Assembly (NCBI GenBank): GCA_963714975.1
Contig: CAVQQD010000002.1
Coordinates: forward strand, 1,024,001 to 1,088,000
Origin: an uncultured Gammaproteobacteria bacterium
GTDB lineage: Bacteria > Pseudomonadota > Gammaproteobacteria > JAURND01
Reading direction: 5' to 3'
Length of the DNA: 64,000 bases
Shown here: in pieces, positions 19,374 through 28,811 of the stretch
Layout of the letters: every line of letters starts with the position of its first letter
Numbering within the stretch: position 1 is the stretch's first letter
Notes under the pieces: model-generated
Seen by the model: the letters and a program-made list of their open reading frames with translations, nothing else
What the model was told of the DNA's origin: nothing
Database searches by the model: none
Made by a program: the position numbers and the translations under genes

Positions 19374-20404
19374 GTTGTTTTACCTGCTAATAATAAGGTT
19401 AAATCCATAAAACCATTCCATACATTCCCAGAAATGGCGCCCTTAATGATCTGGTCAAGGGTTCCTGCAGATTCTAAAGCCGCATAGAGCGCCTCTAAGG
19501 AATGCTTTTGCACAGCGCGGCTCACTAAAGCTTGGCGTTTTTCCCATACCCCTTGAGCACGCACTGCCTGCCCGATGGGCTGGCCTTGCGTGTTTAGGCG
19601 TTTGATTGCGATTAGCTGACGTAACTCTTTAACAAATACCCAAAGTAGCAAAGTCGGCTCAATCCCTTTACCCTGTAATACCGCCAACCGACGTAAGGCC
19701 GGTAGCTCGCTGCCTTGCAGCACTGCTTCGATCCAATCAAATACTTCATAATGGGCGTTATTTTCAGTGACTTCCTGAACCTGGGCCAAACTTAGCGACT
19801 CCCCCGTTGTCCTGGCAAGGGCATGAGGCGGATAAAGCAGGGCTAGCTTCTCAATGGCTTGTGCTGTCGCTAACAAATTGCCCCAAGTATGCTCAATGAG
19901 AAACTGAACTCCTTGTCGCTCTACTGCTAAACCCAATTTTTTAAGTCGCTGAAGGACCCAAGAAGTCATTTGAGCAGGCGGTATCGGCCAAATAGGCACC
20001 CAGACTCCCGCTTTCTCTATTGCCTTTACCCAGGAACTACGCTGAGCTTGAGCATCTAATTTCCCAGCAATCATAATCACTATCTTGCTAGGATTGGGCT
20101 TCTTAAGTATCTGCAATATGCTCTGCGTTCCTTCCTCACTCAATTTTAACAAAGCTAAATGCAAAATTAGGCTTTGTTTATCGGCAAATATCGACATATT
20201 TTGATAGGCCTGACGAAATATTGCCCAATCAAACCCCGAAGCTACAGTAAACCGTAATCGTTCACTGTATCCTAATGTCTCAATGGTTTGATAAAGCATA
20301 ACACAAGCTTCTTGCACTAATAAGCTTTCATCCCCAGTGACTAAATAAATCGGAGCAATCGTGTGTTGGAAATGAGCCACAAGCTGATCACAAGCTAGTT
20401 TCAT
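19358..20404 (-). CDS. holA: DNA polymerase III delta subunit
   Basis: YLVTGDESLL and GNLLATAQAIEKL motifs; lptE-holA-nadD synteny. Confidence 0.93.
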   Translation of the reverse strand: MKLACDQLVAHFQHTIAPIYLVTGDESLLVQEACVMLYQTIETLGYSERLRFTVASGFDWAIFRQAYQNMSIFADKQSLILHLALLKLSEEGTQSILQILKKPNPSKIVIMIAGKLDAQAQRSSWVKAIEKAGVWVPIWPIPPAQMTSWVLQRLKKLGLAVERQGVQFLIEHTWGNLLATAQAIEKLALLYPPHALARTTGESLSLAQVQEVTENNAHYEVFDWIEAVLQGSELPALRRLAVLQGKGIEPTLLLWVFVKELRQLIAIKRLNTQGQPIGQAVRAQGVWEKRQALVSRAVQKHSLEALYAALESAGTLDQIIKGAISGNVWNGFMDLTLLLAGKTTCLLR

Positions 20405-20949
20405 GAATGTGAACCTGAAGTAGCCTGCAACACTTGTTGTGAGCTTAAGCGATCAAACATTTGATTGATCAGATCCCGCCGCAGTTCTTGTTCTAATAGG
20501 GATAATTGATTGTTGGTCGTCAATAATTGGTTAGCGCTTAAGCTGATCGTTCGGGTAGCGGTCAAGCTCCGTGGGCTGAGCAAAACTTTATCTTTAGAAT
20601 CTCTAAGCTCAAAGGTTACGGTGAGACTCACCACATAAATTCTGGCCTGATTACTCGCACCGACCGTAGTATTAGAAATCATCTCTACGGGTTTAGAGAG
20701 CAATAATCTAATGGGCGCCTGAATGGGTTGGTCTAGCAAGGTCACTCCGGCAGCATGGAGGGAACGCTTCAAAGCAAGTGCCAATGGATCTGCTGGAACC
20801 TCTGCCTCTAAGTAAATGACACGCAAAGCCACCGGCAGCTCGTCTTGGCTGCGCAATTTAAAGGCGCAGGCAGTCAAACTGCTGATCAACAGCAAGCATC
20901 CGACTAGCCCTAAAAAGTACCGTAAGCATTTTTGCATAGCAACTCTCAT
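20401..20949 (-). CDS. lptE: LPS-assembly lipoprotein LptE
   Basis: Lipobox LTAC-AFKLR; upstream of holA; start is ATG 20949 or 20937. Confidence 0.88.
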   Translation of the reverse strand: MRVAMQKCLRYFLGLVGCLLLISSLTACAFKLRSQDELPVALRVIYLEAEVPADPLALALKRSLHAAGVTLLDQPIQAPIRLLLSKPVEMISNTTVGASNQARIYVVSLTVTFELRDSKDKVLLSPRSLTATRTISLSANQLLTTNNQLSLLEQELRRDLINQMFDRLSSQQVLQATSGSHS

Positions 20950-20951
20950 GA

Positions 20952-21170
20952 TTGTGCCCCACCAGCCACGGGGTCCTGCCGCGCGGGCAACCCGCCGTGC
21001 TCGCACGCTGCGCGCGGCGTTGTTGCTCCACGCGTCACCCCTTCGGCTTGTGCTGATCGATGCGAGTTGCCGATAGCATAGCATCAAGGGCAGCGCATTC
21101 ACAATTCCCGCTCTGCAGCGACAGGACCCGTCGGGGAACAAGGCTTCAGCGGGAATTGTGGACAACGCAA
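20952..21170. other. GC-rich (about 64%) structured intergenic element
   Basis: Nested long-range inverted repeats plus a 13-bp perfect IR cacaattcccgct/agcgggaattgtg. Confidence 0.6.
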
Positions 21171-21283
21171 TAGTTATTGGTGTTCTTTAGTAAATTAATG
21201 CTAGAATAACCTTAAACAATTGTTAGCAATTGTCATTTAACAGAATCTATCCACACAAAATCTCTCAATGGAGGCATTGTTTT

Positions 21284-21976
21284 ATGGAATTAGACGTAAT
21301 TAGTAACCCTGCAATAGCAGATTTTCAGGCTGTCCGTGTTGCCAGAGGTAAAAGGCTAAAATTAGCTCGTAAAATGGCCGGGCTCACTCGGGAAGAAGTA
21401 GAGGAAAAATACAGCATCAGCGCTAGCACTATCCAGTCTTGGGAGGCTGCTAAAGCAGGTGGGTTAACCGAGAAAGGAGCCCAGCGCGCCATTACAGTGC
21501 TTAGGCAAGAAGGCATCTGGTGCACTACCGATTGGCTTATGTATGGCCTAGGAGAAGGTCCTCAGCCGACAGGTTCTCAGTTTCACCAAATACAAGAGAG
21601 CTTTACCACCTACTCAGACCTTCCAGAGGAAAAGGCGATTCTGAAGGAACTAGACAAATTTAAAAGCCTAAATGAAGACAGCATTGATTTTGTTGTCAAT
21701 GATGACGCCATGCTGCCTCACTATCGCCTAGGTGACTATGTTGCTGGCAAGCGCAAGATGGGCGATGGGATCAAACAATTAATTGGTTTAGATTGCATTG
21801 TTGAAATAGGTGCAGATAAAGTGCTGCGTCGACTTAAACCAGGCTCGCAGGAGGGTACCTATACCTTACTGAGCGTTAATCCCAACACTCAGTTAACAAC
21901 TCCGACACTTTATGAGCAAAAAGTAATAAGCGCTGCCCAGGTTATTTGGTTACGGCGGCCAGATATAACTCCATGA
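21284..21976 (+). CDS. XRE-family HTH regulator with S24-like C-terminal domain
   Basis: GKRLKLARKMAGLTR...STIQSWE HTH; DDAMLPHYRLGDYV; SD ggagg before ATG 21284. Confidence 0.85.
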   Translation: MELDVISNPAIADFQAVRVARGKRLKLARKMAGLTREEVEEKYSISASTIQSWEAAKAGGLTEKGAQRAITVLRQEGIWCTTDWLMYGLGEGPQPTGSQFHQIQESFTTYSDLPEEKAILKELDKFKSLNEDSIDFVVNDDAMLPHYRLGDYVAGKRKMGDGIKQLIGLDCIVEIGADKVLRRLKPGSQEGTYTLLSVNPNTQLTTPTLYEQKVISAAQVIWLRRPDITP

Positions 21977-22983
21977 TGGGTATCTGGTGGGCTGAATTAG
22001 GATGTATGCTAATCATCATCCTAGCTGCTTCCCAAATATTTACTAATGCAGTGGAGTATTTAGGCCAGCATTTTAGGCTATCGGCGGGAGTAGTAGGCTC
22101 ATTGTTTGCTGCTGTCGCCACAGCCTTGCCGGAAACGACCGTTCCAGTTATCGCCATCCTTGCTGGCGGCCACAATCAACAGGTCAATGAAGAAATCAGC
22201 ATGGGAGCTATTCTAGGGGCCCCACTGATGCTCTCGACTATATCCATTTTTCTAATGACGCTAGCCGCGTTAAAACCAAGGGGCTTGGGTGGGCGTGTCA
22301 CTCCGGAAAAAAGTGGATTGATCCGCGATCTTAATTTTTTCGTGCTAGCATTTTTCCTTGCTGGGATCGCGATGGTGATTCCTCGAACTTTTTTTTATTG
22401 GCGTGCAATACTATGTCTTAGCTTGCTCGGTTTATATATCCTCTATGCTTTATTAACGATTAAGGCTTCAAAACAACTGGTTCTGGATGGCCATGGCGTT
22501 GCACCAGGACGTGCCCTGCTGCTTACAAAAATGGGCCTGCCTTTGAACCTTCTTAGCATCTTTGCCCAACTTACCCTCGGACTTGCACTGCTGATTGTCG
22601 GCGCCAAAGGTTTTATTTATGGCGTCGAAGCAATCTCAACAGCCCTGAATGTCTCCGCATTGATATTATCTCTGCTGATTGTTCCCATTGCGACCGAATT
22701 ACCCGAGAAAGTAAACAGCATTTTTTGGATACGCCAACAAAAAGATACGCTCGCCGTGGGTAATATTACTGGTGCCATGGTGTTCCAAGGGTGTTTATTG
22801 ACAGCGCTAGGAATTTGGTTCACTCCCTGGGAACCTAGTTCCGCCGCAATAACCGCAATTATAATTTCATTCCTAGCCGCCGTATGGCTGAGATTAAATG
22901 CCAAAGCCCACGGCATTTCTCTGCTTAGTTTGTTGGTTCACGGCGTTTTTTATTTGCTTTATCTTGGAATTGTCTTGAGGTAA
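21973..22983 (+). CDS. Sodium:calcium antiporter (CaCA family)
   Basis: Alpha repeats ATALPE and ATELPE, GNITGA. Confidence 0.92.
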   Translation: MMGIWWAELGCMLIIILAASQIFTNAVEYLGQHFRLSAGVVGSLFAAVATALPETTVPVIAILAGGHNQQVNEEISMGAILGAPLMLSTISIFLMTLAALKPRGLGGRVTPEKSGLIRDLNFFVLAFFLAGIAMVIPRTFFYWRAILCLSLLGLYILYALLTIKASKQLVLDGHGVAPGRALLLTKMGLPLNLLSIFAQLTLGLALLIVGAKGFIYGVEAISTALNVSALILSLLIVPIATELPEKVNSIFWIRQQKDTLAVGNITGAMVFQGCLLTALGIWFTPWEPSSAAITAIIISFLAAVWLRLNAKAHGISLLSLLVHGVFYLLYLGIVLR

Positions 22984-22989
22984 TTGCTA

Positions 22990-23733
22990 ATGAGTCACCC
23001 AAAGGTAATACTTATTACCGGTGCAGCCAGACGCATAGGAGCAAGTATCGCCCGATTACTCCATGCGCATGGCATGAATATTATTATTCATTATCGCCGT
23101 TCAGAAGCAGCTGCACTCAGCCTATGTGCCAAATTAAATCAACGGCGTCCCGATTCAGCCATTGCGGTGTACGGAGACTTAGCTAGCCAACAAGACTTGC
23201 CGCAAATTATTGAAACAGCCGTCCAAGCTTGGGGTTACTTAGATGTCTTAATCAATAATGCCTCAGCATTTTTTGCCACACCCGTTGACCAAACCAACGA
23301 AGCGCATTGGGATGAACTAGTAAATACCAATCTAAAAGCACCCTTTTTTCTAGCCCAAGCAGCCACCCCTTGGTTAAAACAACGCCGTGGTAGCATAATC
23401 AATATTGTGGATATTCATGCAGAAAAACCGTTGAAAAATTATCCTGTCTATTCTGTCAGCAAAGCAGGTTTGTTAGGACTCACTTTAGCGCTAGCCAAAG
23501 AATTAGCCCCTGAAATTCGTGTCAATGGAATTTCTCCCGGCACTGTTGATTGGCCGGAAAATCAAAATGCCTTGCCTGCTGATTTAAAGGCAGAGATTTT
23601 ATCGCGCATTGCACTAAACCACGCTGGACAAGCTACTGATGTCGCAAAAGCGGCGTTATTTTTTGTCGAAGCCGCCGACTATATTACTGGGCAAATTCTT
23701 GCCGTTGATGGCGGACGATTATTAAATTGCTAA
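22990..23733 (+). CDS. folM: Pteridine reductase (FolM-like SDR)
   Basis: TGAARRIG, NNAS and YSVSK motifs; folB nearby. Confidence 0.88.
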   Translation: MSHPKVILITGAARRIGASIARLLHAHGMNIIIHYRRSEAAALSLCAKLNQRRPDSAIAVYGDLASQQDLPQIIETAVQAWGYLDVLINNASAFFATPVDQTNEAHWDELVNTNLKAPFFLAQAATPWLKQRRGSIINIVDIHAEKPLKNYPVYSVSKAGLLGLTLALAKELAPEIRVNGISPGTVDWPENQNALPADLKAEILSRIALNHAGQATDVAKAALFFVEAADYITGQILAVDGGRLLNC

Positions 23734-23737
23734 AGAT

Positions 23738-23783
23738 CCCTTCTCCCCTCGGGGAGAAGGTGGCCGTAGGCCGGATGAGGGTG
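23738..23783. repeat. Family-A repeat
   Basis: cccttctcccctcggggagaaggtggccgtaggccggatgagggtg. Confidence 0.9.
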
Positions 23784-23800
23784 TTCGGTTTGGTTTGAGG

Positions 23801-23833
23801 ATTAATAGAACGTTAAGATTAACAGGTTAATAT
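23801..23833 (+). promoter_or_regulatory. PmrA-type box, TTAA-N7-TTAA-N11-TAATAT
   Basis: aTTAAtagaacgTTAAgattaacaggtTAATAT. Confidence 0.6.
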
Positions 23834-23866
23834 AATGTCTTTCTTAATGCATAAGTATCGATAAAT

Positions 23867-25546
23867 ATGTTTAAAAGAACTCCACGCTGGTGGTTATATT
23901 GGATCTTTAGTGGGTTATTAGTCTTTGGCGCAGCCGTATTGATCGGTTTTGCCCCCTTCCTTGGTGGAGGATCTTTAATACCTTTATTATTGCCCTCCTT
24001 CGCGATGAGTGCATTTCAACTAAAATTAGCCATTGGTTTAGGAATGACAATAGGTGGCATTGGCCTGCTCCATTTTTCTTGGCGGGGTGGTGAAAAAGCT
24101 CATATCATCACCTCCGGGTTAGCATTTATAGCAACCGCTCTGGCAATTTCTCCCTTACTTTTCACCTCATCCCCTTTAATGGCAATTCCGATTATTTTGA
24201 CCAGCTTTGGGTTACTTCATATAGCAAGGGGAATTTACCAGCGGATAAATGCCATTAAACGTCTAAAAAATATAGCTGCGAAAAAGGTAATATTTGGCTC
24301 AAACGAAGAACTTGTGCCAGAAACAAAATCTGAGGTTAGTTCGAAAAAATCAGTTATCTCCAACCTCTCTGAATTGGCTAAAGCATTGGAATCCTCTCCT
24401 GACATTGAAGAACTTGATTTATCAAATGTTGCTATAAAAGAAAAAAAAGGAAAAAGTTCCTTGCAAATCCTGTTGCAGCAAATTTATCAGACTCCTTTTC
24501 CCAAGCTCAAAAAACTCAATTTAAGTAATCACTCAACTGAAGTGCAACACGAATCCCTAGATAACTATTTGATAGCGTGGGAAATGCAAAGCAACTTGGG
24601 GATCCTACTTAGGAATTGCCCTCAGTTAGAAGAGCTTACCCTGAATAACTGCCGTTTAACTGATGATAAAGTAGTAGGTATCTTAGGGATTTTCCCAAAA
24701 AATTTACCACTCATGAGATTGAACCTACAAAATAATTCATTAGATGAGCTTTTTCTGGGCAAAGAATTTTTCTTAACAGGTGGAAATATTTTTGAGCAAT
24801 TTAGGAAGAAACGTAGCTTGAGTCTTTCTCCACTTATTATAGATGTTTCAGGCAATCCCATTTCACCTCAAACAAAAAGTTGTCTTTATATTAAACAAGA
24901 CCCATCCATTGCTCCAGAAGAGGATAAATCAGAGAATACTCCCACAGACGAAAATTCACCCATTAAATTATTTTCTCAGCTCACAGATTCTCTCAAACAA
25001 GGAAAACTAAGTATCATTCAGCGGGATCAATCGTTGCCACGGCGTTTTTCGCATAAGAAATGGTTATTGTACTTATACAGTCCTCCAGGAAGCATACATG
25101 TACATGTTTATATCGAAGGTGTTCGAAAAAATGGACAGACAGTGCAAAGCTTCATGGATTTAGATGGGGTTGGAAAAGTTGCCGTACGTAATGATTCTTT
25201 GGCTAAAGAAGACGCGTTGCACTCTACCTCAGAACATATCGCTTTAGCAGCAGAAATAGATGCTCAAATAGGTGAGAATATTCTTAAAGAGAACGTTACT
25301 TCTCATGAAAAATCCTATAATTTTTGCTTCTTTTCATCAGTAGCAACGCACTTAATTTCCCACCTAACAGAATATAGTCCAAAAACATGGAAAAGGCATA
25401 ATTGTCTTACTTGGGCTATCGCCGCCCTGGAGAAGCAGGGTATTCCTTTACCTCAAACTGATAGTGTTCTGCCTAATTCTGTAGTGCAAGCGGTGTTAGA
25501 AAATGAAATGGAGGGAATAGTGCCAAAAATTACATTAAGGACCTAG
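23867..25546 (+). CDS. Orphan protein with N-terminal TMs and leucine-rich repeats; candidate secreted effector
   Basis: IEELDLSN, LKKLNLSN, LEELTLNNCRL, LMRLNLQNNSL and IIDVSGNPI LRR units. Confidence 0.8.
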   Translation: MFKRTPRWWLYWIFSGLLVFGAAVLIGFAPFLGGGSLIPLLLPSFAMSAFQLKLAIGLGMTIGGIGLLHFSWRGGEKAHIITSGLAFIATALAISPLLFTSSPLMAIPIILTSFGLLHIARGIYQRINAIKRLKNIAAKKVIFGSNEELVPETKSEVSSKKSVISNLSELAKALESSPDIEELDLSNVAIKEKKGKSSLQILLQQIYQTPFPKLKKLNLSNHSTEVQHESLDNYLIAWEMQSNLGILLRNCPQLEELTLNNCRLTDDKVVGILGIFPKNLPLMRLNLQNNSLDELFLGKEFFLTGGNIFEQFRKKRSLSLSPLIIDVSGNPISPQTKSCLYIKQDPSIAPEEDKSENTPTDENSPIKLFSQLTDSLKQGKLSIIQRDQSLPRRFSHKKWLLYLYSPPGSIHVHVYIEGVRKNGQTVQSFMDLDGVGKVAVRNDSLAKEDALHSTSEHIALAAEIDAQIGENILKENVTSHEKSYNFCFFSSVATHLISHLTEYSPKTWKRHNCLTWAIAALEKQGIPLPQTDSVLPNSVVQAVLENEMEGIVPKITLRT

Positions 25547-25901
25547 TAGTTTCGACTATAACTCCCACATGATCCACGGGAATATCCCGAGGAAATTTAT
25601 TGAGCTGTAGCTTAATTTTCTCGATAGGGAATTCTTGTAGAAGCTGATTCACTAAATAATTGGCCAAAGACTCTATTAAAAAAAATTGCTTTTGTTGCGA
25701 CCAATATTGGATTCGCTCCACTACAGCGGCATAATTAATAGTCCCCTCAATTTTATCAATATCCGCCGAAAAAAAACGCGCTAATTCAATTTGTAGATCG
25801 AGGGAAATTTTTTGTTTACGTAAACGTTCCTCAGGATAAGTACCTATGACTACCTCTAAATGTAAGCCAGAAATTATAATAGTGTTGATCAAAGACGACA
25901 T
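25530..25901 (-). CDS. folB: Dihydroneopterin aldolase
   Basis: IGTYPEER, TINYAAV and LIESLA motifs. Confidence 0.92.
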   Translation of the reverse strand: MSSLINTIIISGLHLEVVIGTYPEERLRKQKISLDLQIELARFFSADIDKIEGTINYAAVVERIQYWSQQKQFFLIESLANYLVNQLLQEFPIEKIKLQLNKFPRDIPVDHVGVIVETTRSLM

Positions 25902-26671
25902 TACGATTTAACCCCAACACCTTGATTAAGCAATTGCAAGGCTATGATAAAAAACCCAACTAAGCAAGCCAACAAAATAACCACAGATAAAGTTACGTTG
26001 ACTTCAGAAACTCCTAGCATTCCATAACGGAAAATATTAATAAAATAAAGGATCGGATTAAGATAGGCAATTTCCTTCCAAAAACCTGACAATGAATTCA
26101 CGGAGAAAAAAACTCCTCCTAGGTAGGTCAAGGGAGTTAAAATATAAACAGGAACAACAGCGATCGCATCAAATTTTTTTGCAAATAAGGCGTTAATAAA
26201 TCCAGCCGTAGAAAATACTGCAGCTGCTAGGAAGGTCGCTAAACAGAGGTAACCTAGGTGGTAGACTGATAAATGGGTAAAAAATGATGCTGTCACTGCC
26301 ACTACAAAGCCAACAATAAGGGCTCGCGCGATTCCTCCCACAATATAGCCCAACAAAATTAAATAATTAGGCAGAGGTGAGACTAAAACTTCTTCAATAT
26401 TTTTTAAGAATTTTGCCATAAAAAAAGAAGTGGATACATTTGCATAAGCATTACTAATCACTGACATCATAATAAGACCAGGAGCAATAAACTGAACGTA
26501 CGAGAATCCTTCCATTGAGCCAATCCGTGAACCCACTAATTGACCAAAAATAAGAAAATATAACGCTGTAGTAATTGCTGGAGGTAAAATAGTTTGCAAC
26601 CAAATAACTGTAAAACGACGAATCTCTTGCCGCACAACCGCTAAAAAGCCATACCAATAATTAGTTTGCAT
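25901..26671 (-). CDS. yadH: ABC-2 transporter permease (YadH-like)
   Basis: WLQTILPP, FIAPGLIMMSVI and PLTYLGGVFFS motifs. Confidence 0.9.
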   Translation of the reverse strand: MQTNYWYGFLAVVRQEIRRFTVIWLQTILPPAITTALYFLIFGQLVGSRIGSMEGFSYVQFIAPGLIMMSVISNAYANVSTSFFMAKFLKNIEEVLVSPLPNYLILLGYIVGGIARALIVGFVVAVTASFFTHLSVYHLGYLCLATFLAAAVFSTAGFINALFAKKFDAIAVVPVYILTPLTYLGGVFFSVNSLSGFWKEIAYLNPILYFINIFRYGMLGVSEVNVTLSVVILLACLVGFFIIALQLLNQGVGVKS

Positions 26672-27593
26672 CACCCCTTCCTTCTTTCTCAGCAATTATT
26701 CGCATAAACAGTTCTTCCAAGCGATTGCGTTTATTCCGCATTCGGTTAATCGTAATCGATTCATCTTTTAATAGCTTAAATAAATCAGTTAATTTTTGCG
26801 AAGGGCTTAAATCCACCTCTAAGGTTTTTTCGTCGACCCATCGGCTAGTGAATTCTTTCAGGTCTGGTGCTGTTTGCAGCGAATTTTGCAAATATAAAAC
26901 AACCGTTTCACTTTGCAAGCGGTTGAGGAAAAATTTCATCTGCGTGCTTTCAATGATCTCGCCATGATTAATAATAGCGATATGTCGACATAAGTTTTCA
27001 GCTTCCTCAAGATAATGCGTAGTTAGGATAATGGTTATGCCTTGTTGATTGATTTTACGCAGGAACGCCCAAATTATTTGCCGCATCTCGATATCAACGC
27101 CAGCCGTGGGTTCATCTAAAATAAGTAGTTTAGGCTCATGTACCAGAGCACGAGCAATCATTAAACGGCGCTTCATGCCCCCCGATAAAATTCTACTTTG
27201 TTGGTGCCGCTTTTCCCACAGTCCCAATGCTTTTAAGTATTTTTCAGCTTGCTGCTTAGCAAGCTTCGGTGATAGCCCATAAAAGCCAGCTTGGCTAGCG
27301 ACAATATCGTAGACAGTTTCAAAAAATGAAAAATTGAATTCTTGAGGAACAACCCCTAGGTAGGACTTTGCTTGCTCAGGCCTGCTGAATAAGTCTTTAT
27401 CAAAAATTAATACGCTACCATTGCCTTTGTTGACTAAGGTACTGATGATTCCAATCAAGGTCGTCTTGCCAGCGCCATTTGGGCCAAGCAAGGCAAAAAA
27501 ATCACCCTCTTGAACCTCAAGATTGATGTCTTTTAAGGCCTGAGACCCATTTTTATAGGTTTTCTCAAGGTTTTTAATGGAGAGTGCTAGCAT
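26661..27593 (-). CDS. yadG: ABC transporter ATP-binding protein (YadG-like)
   Basis: GPNGAGKTT, LSGGMKRR, LDEPTAGVD and NRLEELF motifs. Confidence 0.92.
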   Translation of the reverse strand: MLALSIKNLEKTYKNGSQALKDINLEVQEGDFFALLGPNGAGKTTLIGIISTLVNKGNGSVLIFDKDLFSRPEQAKSYLGVVPQEFNFSFFETVYDIVASQAGFYGLSPKLAKQQAEKYLKALGLWEKRHQQSRILSGGMKRRLMIARALVHEPKLLILDEPTAGVDIEMRQIIWAFLRKINQQGITIILTTHYLEEAENLCRHIAIINHGEIIESTQMKFFLNRLQSETVVLYLQNSLQTAPDLKEFTSRWVDEKTLEVDLSPSQKLTDLFKLLKDESITINRMRNKRNRLEELFMRIIAEKEGRGDAN

Positions 27594-27627
27594 GAATCAA
27601 TACTCCCCTCTCCTATTTTAGAATTTT

Positions 27628-27736
27628 ACCCTTTGGAAACGGGGGATTAAGGGGAATTTAAAGAGCTTAAGCGCTAATATTGCCTATAAAAAAACCCCCT
27701 ACCCCCCTTTTTCAAAGGGGGGATTTCGAGGGGATC
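27628..27736. repeat. Family-D hairpin pair (cccc-ttt..aaa-gggg)
   Basis: cccctttggaaacggggg and cccccctttttcaaaggggggg. Confidence 0.7.
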
Positions 27737-27750
27737 CTGTCACAAGGCTA

Positions 27751-27945
27751 TTACGCTCTATTGTTGCCTTTACAAGAAAACAAGTACTTGATCAATGCAC
27801 CAGCACCAAGAACTGGGATCATGATTTCAATAAATCGTGAGACATAAAAAAGATCAGCCAAACGTTCTTGTGGTAAGACCGTCACGGCAATAGCCATGAT
27901 CACTGCAACTATAAGAACTATAATGGCCCATATTATCCGACACAT
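27751..27945 (-). CDS. Small two-TM hypothetical protein
   Basis: 64-aa ORF with SD aggag and two hydrophobic helices. Confidence 0.7.
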   Translation of the reverse strand: MCRIIWAIIVLIVAVIMAIAVTVLPQERLADLFYVSRFIEIMIPVLGAGALIKYLFSCKGNNRA

Positions 27946-28072
27946 AGTTTAGTACTCCTTTTCCTTCGTTAAAATTAAGGCAACCGTTAAGTCACCTCGC
28001 TCAATTTCATTTATTCGTAACCATTCAGCACAGGATAGTTTTTGCCAACTTTAGCAATGTGGTGAATAGTTA

Positions 28073-28666
28073 CTATTCTACAATACCAGTCTGTTTCTCT
28101 CGTATCTCATCGATCTCCTTACAATCAATGCATAGCGTAGCAGTGGGACGGACTTGCAATCGCAATAATCCTATTTCAGCACCACATTTTTCACAGTAAC
28201 CATAATCGCCCTGTTTAATGCGTGATAAGGCTCTTTCAATCTTGATAATTAGCCTATGCTCCATTTCCCGGGCCTGCCACTCTATTTTATGTTCTTCTTC
28301 CAGCGCTGCCCGATCCAAGAGATCAGGTAAATTGTTGGGATCTTCTTGCATATGAGCGACGGTCGCATTGCGTTCTTTAGCTAATTGGTCATTCCATGCA
28401 TTCAAACTATCTCGGAAATAATCCAGTTGTCGCTTATTCATGTAGTCTTCCCCTCCTTGCTGCTCATAAGCGGGAAAGCTCGCAGGCCCTACAGATGCAG
28501 CTCGCTTAGGCTGAGCGAGAACAGAGGATGTTTTTATTGGCTTTTTTTCTACAGATTTGGTCTTGGACACGGTCTTTTTCACAGCGCTCTTTTTAATGAC
28601 TTTAATGTCACTCTTCTTTTTAACTGCACTAGAAGTTTTTTTTGGTGCTTTTTTTTGCGTCTTCAT
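28073..28666 (-). CDS. dksA: RNA polymerase-binding factor DksA with Lys-rich N-terminal extension
   Basis: PDLLDRA coiled-coil tip; CEKC...CIDC zinc finger. Confidence 0.93.
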   Translation of the reverse strand: MKTQKKAPKKTSSAVKKKSDIKVIKKSAVKKTVSKTKSVEKKPIKTSSVLAQPKRAASVGPASFPAYEQQGGEDYMNKRQLDYFRDSLNAWNDQLAKERNATVAHMQEDPNNLPDLLDRAALEEEHKIEWQAREMEHRLIIKIERALSRIKQGDYGYCEKCGAEIGLLRLQVRPTATLCIDCKEIDEIREKQTGIVE

Positions 28667-28811
28667 TTCGTTTCTTCCCTCGTTCGTAATTCGGCTTCTT
28701 TGCCTATACAGCAGTGACTACTACCCCATGGACTGCTGACCTGGCTATAATATAGCTTCTTTTTATTAATTGCGAAAGTTTTTCCCGCAATCCAGTAAGG
28801 TCTTGTCACAA

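Noticed and set aside
20950-21165. N-terminal 72-aa extension of LptE in the ORF track
   Set aside because: The signal peptide and lipobox begin at ATG 20949/20937; the extension is read-through of the GC-rich element.
27965-27995. PmrA-like box upstream of the 64-aa ORF
   Set aside because: TTAA spacing is 8 rather than 7 and there is no -10 at the conserved distance.
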